Part shown: in pieces, positions 8,105 through 16,041 of the stretch | Numbering within the stretch: position 1 is the first letter of the stretch | How the letters are laid out: each line of letters starts with the position of its first letter | NCBI RefSeq assembly: GCF_000025945.1 | Contig: NC_006138.1 | Span: 2,340,001-2,372,000, forward strand | Origin: Desulfotalea psychrophila LSv54 | Lineage (GTDB): Bacteria > Desulfobacterota > Desulfobulbia > Desulfobulbales > Desulfocapsaceae | Direction: 5' to 3' | DNA length: 32,000 nt | Notes under the pieces: model-generated | Databases searched by the model: none | What the model saw: only the letters and a program-made list of their open reading frames with translations | What the model was told of the DNA's origin: nothing | Position numbers and translations under genes: made by a program

Positions 8105-11100
8105 TCAGAACCGGAATTCGAGTTTCGCGGAACCGCCGTAATCGTAGCTGTTCGTCGACAAGGCGGTCTGGGCCCGTATTGACAGCGAAAGGTTGTCCTG
8201 TAGCTGCGCATCGAAGCCCACGGTTAAATCGCCCTGGCAACGGTCGGTGCCCATTGTGAAGTTCAGCTCTCCGAGCGAAGCATCCGCGTCCACCAGCGTC
8301 GAACTCGCGTCCATGCTCGGTTCGTTTAATACTACCGTGAGACCCGCTCGGATGAAGGCCAGCATGGAGTGGTCATTGACCGAGAAGGCCCGACCAAGCT
8401 CGATCATTGGGGTCATGGCGAGCCAGCCATCGCTGACCGACCCGACGTCCCAATTCAGGAGGCCGTTGCCGCTTTCGGTAAAACTGTTCTGCCAGACCTG
8501 TGTGTAGGCCAATGCGGCTGAGGGCTTGGTGTAGTAGCCACTTTGGCCTAAGAACACAGCCGATGCCCGGACCTCGGCTCCGAGGAAGCCTCCGTCTATG
8601 TCGGAATCGGCTTGTTGCCAAATCTGGGAGGACTTGTAGGCCCGATCGTAGTTGAGTGAATAGATCCCACCGGTCAGTGCTGTGGAGAGGGTGAATCTCC
8701 CGATCTCCTTCTTAAGAGCCAAGCCCAGCGAATAGCGCTTGCCATCCTGAGAAAAGTTGTCGCCGTCGATGGACAGCGTCTCGAATTGGCCCACTATCTC
8801 AATAAAGGTGTCGGCTGCGATCTCACGTTGCGAGCCGAGTGCGATACCCCAGGTGGTCTCGGAGAACTCAGGACTTTCTCCAGTGGCATTCTGGTTTAAA
8901 TGCGAGCCGATTGCCTGGACCCAGGCACAGTCGTTCTGGCGCAGGAAGTCGGTGCCGGTCGTCGGGTCGAGTGTCGGACAGCTCTGCATTAGCTGGTTTA
9001 GCCTGTGCGATGCCGAGACCGCTCTGGTCGCCCCGATCAGGCTCTCTTCCGGGGTATGGCTACCGTAGATTGCCGCTAGTTCGTCGGCACTGGTAGTGTT
9101 CAGAATCGTGGTCGCGTGCATGGATAAGGCTTCTTTCGTGTCGCCGCTCGCCGTGGCCTCAATTGCCGCCATGGCGCTGCTTAAATATCTGGCATAACTG
9201 AGCGCATTGTTCCCTAGTTCTATTCCCGCTGCGCTGCCAGTATAGTCGATCGTGTAATTGACGAAGATATCGCTGGTCTTGTTGCTGAGGGTGTAGGTGA
9301 CGGTCGGGGTGTTGACTAATGTCGCGGTCATTGTCTTGAGGTTAGCGTCATTCGTCAGCGAAACGATGTGCAGTACGCCGGTGTTGCCGCTGGAAAGGGT
9401 GGTGCTTCCAACCCAAACGGGTTGGATCACGCCGGTCAGGTTGATCTGCGCGCCCTGGGCAAGACCATCAAAAACGATCTGGTCATTTAATACAGTCCCA
9501 GTCGAGTTTTGTTGGACATCGATCCAGAGTGTCCCGGCCTCGGCGTAGGTTTCACCGAGGCTCACCGTGCTTGTGCCGACTATGTTCTGGCCATAGGGAG
9601 ACATGGTGCTGCCGTCATAGCCTGTGTAGTTACCGAGCTTGCCAAGATAGACGGTCTTGCCGGCGTGGAAGTACGCGCCCTGTAGGTTTTCGAACTCAGT
9701 CCGGTTAGAGTCGTCGAGTTGCAGCGAGCCCGCGAGGATGCCTCCGCTCAAATTGTGGATCCTGAGCGCACCCTGAAAATCGTTAGCAATGACCACTGAG
9801 TTCGCATCGGCGCTCTGGATCGTGCCCTCGTTCTGGATCATGTTGGAATAGCTGAGCGACCCGTCGGAATTATAGCTTGACCGCCCCCCTGAGATAACTA
9901 TCGTCTCGTAGGCCGAACTGTGCGTCGTTTCGACCAGCCCGCCCTTATTGACATAGATGTGACTGGTGCCCCGGCATTCGTCGTCTTTGCACTGGGCGGA
10001 ACCGCCGCCTTTGTCGCCCTGCGGATCGTCTGTGCCGGTTTCCGAGGATTGGGCGAGGATCGCACGGGCGTTCTCGCCCTCGGCTTTTACTGTGCCGGCG
10101 ATACGCATCTTGACCCCACCGGAGTAGCCATCGGTGCCCGAAGCGCTCTGCGCGAAGATCCCGTGCGAGCCGGTGCCCTTGACATTAATTAAGCCGTCAA
10201 TGGCTATGTCGACATAGCCACTGTTGCCGGCGTCTCCGGCGCTACCGATGCTTGCGCTGTCCGTGTCGCTTCCAAGATTGCCACCGGCACCGCCGCTACC
10301 GCCGACGGACTGCACCCAGATCCCGTGGGCGTTTTTATTTGCCGTGTGAATCTGGCCGGTACTCGTGATGTTAACATCGCCCCCGTCGCCACCCTGGCCA
10401 CCGTTGTCCTTACCGAAAATCTGGGCCCCCAGGGTTTCATAGAAATTGGCCACACCGGTTACGATGCTACTTTCGATATCACCAGCTGATCCACCGCCGC
10501 CACCGACCGATTGGGCATAAATACCCATGGCTCCAGAGCCTTCGGTACTGATGTTGCCGCTGTTGGTGACGGCCACATTACCGCCGTTGCCACCCCCAGA
10601 TCCCGACCGTGCGACGGTGATAGAAGTCAGAAGCCCCTGGCTCCCGTCGCCACCACTGCCGCCGCCACCGCCCACGGATTGCGCGAAGATCGCCGTGCCA
10701 CTGTCACCGGTTGTGCTCAGCGTGGCATCGTTCTCGACCGTGACGTTGCCGCCGGTGCCAGAGGCCCCAGCCTGGCCGCCGATATCGATTTCAAAGGAGA
10801 GTTCGTCTTTGGGGAAGCCCTTCACGCCCTTGTAGGTTTCATAGATGTCGTGCAAAAAATCAAAGGTTTTTTTGATATCTGCGACCCAGCCCTTAAGCCC
10901 GGGCGAGCCGTTACCGGAGTTGCCGCCACCACCGCCAACCGACTGGGCGTAGATCGCGTAGGAGGCGTTGCCGGCCGTCGATATCGTACCCTCGGAGTGG
11001 GTCACCGACACGTCGTTGCCGTCCCCCGAGGCGCCAGAGTTGCCGCCCATGGCGTATTTCAGAGAATAGCTTTTACCTTCGTCGGTCTTTTTCTGTTTAT

Positions 11101-14100
11101 TGGTGTAGCCAAAGGTATGGGACCCGGCTTGGCCGCCGTCGCCACCACCGCCGCCGACCGACTGGGCATAGATGCCATAGGAGGTCTCGGTCCGCGTGGA
11201 GATGTCTCCGTTGTTTTGCACAGTCACCGAGCCGGCATCCTCTCCGTTGCCGCCCGAACCGCCCAGCGCCACGTCTACGCTGAAGCTGGGGTTCTTGTTT
11301 TTGGGCGCCAAGTAAAAGTTGAGCGCGCTGGCGGAACCGTAGGCACCAACGCCGCCGTTGCCGCCGACTGACTGCGCGTAGATACCATGGGCGTTACCGC
11401 CCGATGTTTTGAGCGTGGCCTGATTCTCGACCGTCACAGAGCTACCAACCGACCCATTACCGCCGGAGCCGCCGATCGAAACGGTGGTCTGAAACGTCGG
11501 CCCGGAACTACCCGATACAGTGTAGGCATAGCTGCCGCCACCCTTGCCGCCGTTGCCGCCGATCGATTGCGCGAAGATCCCGTAGGACAGGTGTCCGTTC
11601 GTGGTGATATCGCCACCGCTGTTGTTGGTCACTGTGACCGCCTTCGCCGTGCCCGAGTCGCCGCCATCGCCGCCAACGGAGACGTTGACTGAACCGCCAC
11701 CCTCGGAGCTCAAATCGATCGCCGCTGCAATGATGGCACCGCCGTCGCCGCCGTTGCCGCCAATCGACTGGGCGGTAATCCCCGTGGATTGATAGCCGCC
11801 GGTGGTGATCTGGCCTGAATTGGTGATGTCGACCGTATCTGCAGTGCTACCCGCACCGCCGCTACCGCCAACGGAGACGTTGACCGAGGTTGAGATCAGC
11901 CCGGCGCTTCCGGCCCCGGTGCCCAAGAATCCACCTACGCCGCCGCTCCCGCCCAGGGACTGGGCAAAGACCCCGTGCGAGCTGTCGCCCGATGTGTTAA
12001 TATTTTTGGTGTTGGTCAGCGTCACCTTGCCGGCTGTGCCGCCGTCTCCGCCGTTTCCGCCGTGGGCGATGCTGAGATCGCCCATGATGCTAAATGAGCC
12101 TGAGGCCGTCACGCCCCCGGAGCCACCGCCTCCGCCCATACTCTGGGCCAGGATGCCGGTCGCACCTGAGCCAGCGGTGGTGACGGACGCGTTGTTGGTC
12201 AGCGTTATATCCGAGGCCATTCCGCCTAGACCGCCGTTGCCCCCGTGGGTATAGCCGAGGCTGATACCGGCATCGCCATTGACTGTGGTGCCGGATGTGC
12301 CACCACCGCCGGCCACGCTCTGGGCCATGACGCCGGTCGAGAGATGGCCGTGTGTCGTCACGCTGCCGGCGGTGGTCAGATCCACCGTTCCCGACGAGCC
12401 GCCCGTACCACCGGATGAGCCGAGCGCGATCGACCCGGAACTGATCGAGACGTCTCCGCCGAAGGTGTAACCCGCTTTGCCGCCACCGCCGCCGATGGAC
12501 TGGGCGACGACGCCAAGTGCATTGTCGCCCTTGGTCTCGACCGTACTGTCAGTTTGAACCCAGACCGCTCCGGCAGAGCCGGCAGTTCCTGCAGATGATC
12601 CCTGATTGCCAACGAACTGGCTGAATTCCCCTCCGACATTGGCGTCGATAACGTTGCTCGACTGGCCACCGCCGCCACCGATCGACTGCACCAGGATGCC
12701 GTCTGCGTGGTCGCCATCGGTCGTGGCATCGGTCTTGGAGTTTACCGTGACGTTGCCACCGGTCCCGCCGTACTGACCGTCCGCCCCCATGTCATGATTG
12801 AATTCAAGGGTGCTGCCTGCCTCGATGTTATTACCAGCCGAACCGCCGCCACCCCCGACCGACTGGACAAGGAGGGCCGAAGATGTGGCTCCGTGCGTGG
12901 TCACCGATCCGGTCAGGCCAACGGTATCCTTGGCGCCGACATTGACGGTTCCGCCGTGATGCGCTGTGATCGTGTTCGAGGCGGCGGTCTGTTGGTTGAA
13001 GGTCAGGCCGATGTCGACGTTGACCACGTTGCCGCCGGTGCCGCCGCCACCGCCGATGGACTGCGCGACGAAGCCGTTAGACTTGAAAGCGAAGGTTTCG
13101 ATGTCGACGCTGCCGCCTTCGCTGGTGACTGTGATGTCGCCGCCTGAACCGCCATCGCCGCCCTGGGAGCCGAGGATAGGCTTGATGATATCGAGGGCGG
13201 CAAGGGAGCTACCGCCATGGCCACCACCGCCGCCAATGGATGAAATCAGTACCCCGTCTGCGATTTTATCCTGCGTTGTGACCCCGAGCGTTCCACTCTT
13301 GAGATCAAAGGTCACATCGGAGCCACTGCCACCATCGCCACCTTTGGCTCCGAGGGCCCAGGGCCCTTTGGGCGAGGTCGACTTGCCGCCGCCGTCGCCG
13401 ATACTCGAGATCATCACACCAACAGCATATTCGCCCTCGGTCGTGATGGTGGTGTTGCCGTCGGCGGAGAAGGCGGCCTTGCCGCCATTGCCGCCTTTTC
13501 CTCCATCACCGCCAAGGGCGACCACGCCGTCGTTCCCGCCGCTGGTGCCGCCGCCTCCGCCAGCGCTCAGCACGAAGATTCCTGACGCGTCGTCGCCCTT
13601 GGTGGTGATGGTGTTGGTGTCCGTCAGCGTGACGGTGACGTTACCGCCCACGCCACCTGCACCTGCTTTGGCACCGATGGCGATAAAGCCGTCATCCTTC
13701 GAGCCGACACCGCCGCCACCGCCCACCGAGAGTGCGCTTAGTCCATTAGAATAGTTCCCTGTCGTATCCACAGACACGGCATTAAGGGTCGCCGTAACGG
13801 TACGGCCATCACCAGCACTCCCGCCGTTGGCGCCATAGCCGACAAAGCCGGTCGCGCCGCCGGCGTTACCAGCGAAACCGCCGACACTCTCCACGAGGAT
13901 GCCCCCGGCTTCATCGCCTTTCGTCCTAATGGTTCCATTCGCGTAGCTGACCGTGGCCTCGCCACCCGGTCCCGGCACGCTGGCAAAACCAGCGTTGCCG
14001 TCGACCCAGCTATCGGCGTTGCCACCGTTGCCGCTGGCGCCGCCGATACTCTGGATGAAGACGCCTTGCGCCTGGACGCCCGAGGTCGTGATGTCGCCGG

Positions 14101-15103
14101 CGAAAGTCACATCGATCTCTCCAGCAGTGCCGCCGGGGCCGCCATTGCCTCCAACCCCTTTGGTCGGTCCATGCCCTTCGCCGCCGGTCCCTCCGTCCCC
14201 AGCCTCGCTGATGGCAACGATGCCATGTATGGTATCACCCGAGGTCGAGATAGTGTTCGAACTGCTGGCAGCGGTGAGCGTGATAATCCCGCCGTTGCCG
14301 CCGGCACCACCGGTGCCGCCCGTGGCCTTGTTGTCCGAAAGCCCTTCCCCTGCGGTGCTCCCGTTTCCGCCGACGCTAACCAGGGCGATACCGGCGCTGG
14401 TGCTCGTGGTGATATCGACTGAATGCTGATCGTCGAGCGTCACGGTGATAGCGCCGCCATTGCCACCGGCACCGCCGTTGCCGCCGAAGCCCTGATGCAA
14501 CCCGCTCTGGTTGGTGCCCTTGCCGCCTTCGCCGCCCTGGCCACCCTGGCTGAGCACGATAAGACCTGGGCCGCCACTCGTGGTGATTGGGAAAGGGGTC
14601 ACCCCGCCGTTGTCAGCATTGGCTGTGATCGTCACGGCGCTGCCATTACCGCCGGCGCCGCCGATTCCGCCGCGGGCAGTACCAAATGCGCTGTTCTCGT
14701 TAGCCAACCCGCCGTTGCCGCCGTTGCCCTCGATCGAGATCCCGCCCGTGGCGCTGTCGATGCCAAAGCCCTTGTCGAAATGCATCATCAAGGACATATC
14801 GTACGAGCTGTAGGCATCCCCCCCGTCCTGGCCATCTTCATGCTTTTCTTTGGTCGCGTCGTTTCCCGGGCCCGCTTGGTCCGTAAACTTGAACGCATAG
14901 TTGTCGTCACTTGACAGGGAAGGCCCGAAATTACCTGTCACGTTTTCGTACAGGAAGTGGGTGGCAGTGCTTGACCCCACATCGAGGACCGGGATATCGC
15001 TGCCGGAGCAGGTATAGGTGCCATTATCATTGAGACATGATCCAATAGATAAAGTTGGCAACATAAAAATAGATACCATCGAAAAAATGTGCGTCATTCT
15101 CAT
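8105..15103 (-). CDS. Giant autotransporter (type Va), Gly-rich repeat passenger plus C-terminal beta-barrel, copy 1 (2332 aa)
   Basis: Signal peptide MRMTHIFSMVSIFMLPTLSIG, dozens of G(I/V)xxQS(I/V)GGxGG repeats, and an autotransporter barrel ending in ...SYDYGGSAKLEFRF* with terminal Phe. An AAGGGG Shine-Dalgarno-like sequence precedes the ATG. Confidence 0.93.
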   Translation of the reverse strand: MRMTHIFSMVSIFMLPTLSIGSCLNDNGTYTCSGSDIPVLDVGSSTATHFLYENVTGNFGPSLSSDDNYAFKFTDQAGPGNDATKEKHEDGQDGGDAYSSYDMSLMMHFDKGFGIDSATGGISIEGNGGNGGLANENSAFGTARGGIGGAGGNGSAVTITANADNGGVTPFPITTSGGPGLIVLSQGGQGGEGGKGTNQSGLHQGFGGNGGAGGNGGAITVTLDDQHSVDITTSTSAGIALVSVGGNGSTAGEGLSDNKATGGTGGAGGNGGIITLTAASSSNTISTSGDTIHGIVAISEAGDGGTGGEGHGPTKGVGGNGGPGGTAGEIDVTFAGDITTSGVQAQGVFIQSIGGASGNGGNADSWVDGNAGFASVPGPGGEATVSYANGTIRTKGDEAGGILVESVGGFAGNAGGATGFVGYGANGGSAGDGRTVTATLNAVSVDTTGNYSNGLSALSVGGGGGVGSKDDGFIAIGAKAGAGGVGGNVTVTLTDTNTITTKGDDASGIFVLSAGGGGGTSGGNDGVVALGGDGGKGGNGGKAAFSADGNTTITTEGEYAVGVMISSIGDGGGKSTSPKGPWALGAKGGDGGSGSDVTFDLKSGTLGVTTQDKIADGVLISSIGGGGGHGGSSLAALDIIKPILGSQGGDGGSGGDITVTSEGGSVDIETFAFKSNGFVAQSIGGGGGTGGNVVNVDIGLTFNQQTAASNTITAHHGGTVNVGAKDTVGLTGSVTTHGATSSALLVQSVGGGGGSAGNNIEAGSTLEFNHDMGADGQYGGTGGNVTVNSKTDATTDGDHADGILVQSIGGGGGQSSNVIDANVGGEFSQFVGNQGSSAGTAGSAGAVWVQTDSTVETKGDNALGVVAQSIGGGGGKAGYTFGGDVSISSGSIALGSSGGTGGSSGTVDLTTAGSVTTHGHLSTGVMAQSVAGGGGTSGTTVNGDAGISLGYTHGGNGGLGGMASDITLTNNASVTTAGSGATGILAQSMGGGGGSGGVTASGSFSIMGDLSIAHGGNGGDGGTAGKVTLTNTKNINTSGDSSHGVFAQSLGGSGGVGGFLGTGAGSAGLISTSVNVSVGGSGGAGSTADTVDITNSGQITTGGYQSTGITAQSIGGNGGDGGAIIAAAIDLSSEGGGSVNVSVGGDGGDSGTAKAVTVTNNSGGDITTNGHLSYGIFAQSIGGNGGKGGGSYAYTVSGSSGPTFQTTVSIGGSGGNGSVGSSVTVENQATLKTSGGNAHGIYAQSVGGNGGVGAYGSASALNFYLAPKNKNPSFSVDVALGGSGGNGEDAGSVTVQNNGDISTRTETSYGIYAQSVGGGGGDGGQAGSHTFGYTNKQKKTDEGKSYSLKYAMGGNSGASGDGNDVSVTHSEGTISTAGNASYAIYAQSVGGGGGNSGNGSPGLKGWVADIKKTFDFLHDIYETYKGVKGFPKDELSFEIDIGGQAGASGTGGNVTVENDATLSTTGDSGTAIFAQSVGGGGGSGGDGSQGLLTSITVARSGSGGGNGGNVAVTNSGNISTEGSGAMGIYAQSVGGGGGSAGDIESSIVTGVANFYETLGAQIFGKDNGGQGGDGGDVNITSTGQIHTANKNAHGIWVQSVGGSGGAGGNLGSDTDSASIGSAGDAGNSGYVDIAIDGLINVKGTGSHGIFAQSASGTDGYSGGVKMRIAGTVKAEGENARAILAQSSETGTDDPQGDKGGGSAQCKDDECRGTSHIYVNKGGLVETTHSSAYETIVISGGRSSYNSDGSLSYSNMIQNEGTIQSADANSVVIANDFQGALRIHNLSGGILAGSLQLDDSNRTEFENLQGAYFHAGKTVYLGKLGNYTGYDGSTMSPYGQNIVGTSTVSLGETYAEAGTLWIDVQQNSTGTVLNDQIVFDGLAQGAQINLTGVIQPVWVGSTTLSSGNTGVLHIVSLTNDANLKTMTATLVNTPTVTYTLSNKTSDIFVNYTIDYTGSAAGIELGNNALSYARYLSSAMAAIEATASGDTKEALSMHATTILNTTSADELAAIYGSHTPEESLIGATRAVSASHRLNQLMQSCPTLDPTTGTDFLRQNDCAWVQAIGSHLNQNATGESPEFSETTWGIALGSQREIAADTFIEIVGQFETLSIDGDNFSQDGKRYSLGLALKKEIGRFTLSTALTGGIYSLNYDRAYKSSQIWQQADSDIDGGFLGAEVRASAVFLGQSGYYTKPSAALAYTQVWQNSFTESGNGLLNWDVGSVSDGWLAMTPMIELGRAFSVNDHSMLAFIRAGLTVVLNEPSMDASSTLVDADASLGELNFTMGTDRCQGDLTVGFDAQLQDNLSLSIRAQTALSTNSYDYGGSAKLEFRF

Positions 15104-15154
15104 AGTAACCCCTTAACATAAAATCTAGAATTGAACTTTCCAGTATAGCTTATA

Positions 15155-15511
15155 GGGCTCTGTTGCAAAAAATGTCAATTTGTCAAAGACCCCTTATAGA
15201 AGACATATTTTATGCTGCAGAATAGATATCAAATTGTCTTTAAATTAGGCGGATCTCTCCTTGCAAACCTTGATCATGGGGCCATATATCGAATTGGCCT
15301 TTTTTAAACATTCTCATGACTTCAAAACCCCTCTCCACCATCATCTCTTCCAAATCACGATAACTAATTCCGTATTTACAGTACCAGCGTACACAAGCCA
15401 AAATTATCTCACCACGAAAATGCTTCCATTTGAAATCATTCATAACGCCTTCTATTGCTTGATGACATACAATGATTTCACAGCATATTTAGATTTTTTG
15501 CAACAGAGCCC
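15155..15511 (-). mobile_element. Internally deleted IS6-family (IS26/IS240-like) element with both terminal inverted repeats
   Basis: GGGCTCTGTTGCAAAAAA at 15155 and its inverse TTTTTTGCAACAGAGCCC ending at 15511. The enclosed 67-aa minus ORF (15240..15443) begins MNDFKWKHFRGEIILACVRWYCKYGISYRDLEEMMVERG, an IS6 transposase N-terminus, fused to a short C-terminal-like remnant GFEVMRMFKKGQF. Confidence 0.8.
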
Positions 15512-15512
15512 A

Positions 15513-15820
15513 GAAGATTCTGTAAGTCCCTTTAACGGTGGTCAAAAAGTTCTTGCTGGAGTAAAAGAGGAAGAGTCATTCCTACATTTAATACCATTCA
15601 GTACTGGAAAAATTTAATGGCTTGTAAAGAAATAACAGAAACTAGAAGTGAGTCACATGATGTAAGCATTTACAATAATAGCTGTGAAGATTCGAATAAC
15701 ATAGTTCAATTAGTGAAAATTAATGGTGGTGGTCATGTCATACCTAATCCTTACTTTTCAGAGTGGGCAAAAGATCTTGGGAAGGTCAATAAATATTTTT
15801 TTTACCAAAGTTTAATTTAG
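15513..15820 (+). pseudogene. C-terminal fragment of a PHB-depolymerase/LpqC-like alpha/beta hydrolase
   Basis: EDSVSPFNGGQKVLAG... in one frame is followed after a frame change by TIQYWKNLMACKEI...VQLVKINGGGHVIPNPYFSEWAKDLGKVNK. The arrangement of PFNGG and GGGH resembles this esterase family. Confidence 0.55.
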
Positions 15821-15996
15821 ATTTCTTTGAATCACTTAAATAATATTTATGTTTGAGATTCTTCTTATCAACGATAAAGCTGAAAGTTTATTCAAATCTT
15901 CAGCACACAATCCGGTTAGCTTCTTGGCAATGTAAAAAATATACCCCTTTTAAAAGGTCTGGTTTTGATCTTGTCCGATTGTTTTTTTAGGTTACT

Positions 15997-16025
15997 CTCC
16001 GTGCACCGCGGCGCGGTGCACGGGG
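15997..16025. terminator. Copy of the GC-rich hairpin downstream of autotransporter copy 2
   Basis: CTCCGTGCACCGC-GGC-GCGGTGCACGGGG is the same stem as 8060..8088 with one G-U-compatible change. Confidence 0.65.
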
Positions 16026-16041
16026 CCTGCCCCTATTTCTA

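Larger units (their letters stand above)
7956..15145. repeat. Direct repeat unit 1 of the autotransporter tandem duplication (7190 bp)
   Basis: It starts at CAAATCTTCAGCA(G/C)ACAATCCGGTTAGCTTCTTGGCAAT and ends at AAATCTAGAATTGAACTTTCCAGTA. Both boundaries are shared with unit 2. Confidence 0.9.

Noticed and set aside
8193-14914. Many plus-strand ORFs opposite autotransporter copy 1 (up to 286 aa, e.g. 10511..11371)
   Set aside because: They are Pro/Ala/Val-rich mirror translations of the GC-rich Gly-repeat coding strand with no domain signature, and the same shadows recur opposite copy 2. They are antisense artefacts.
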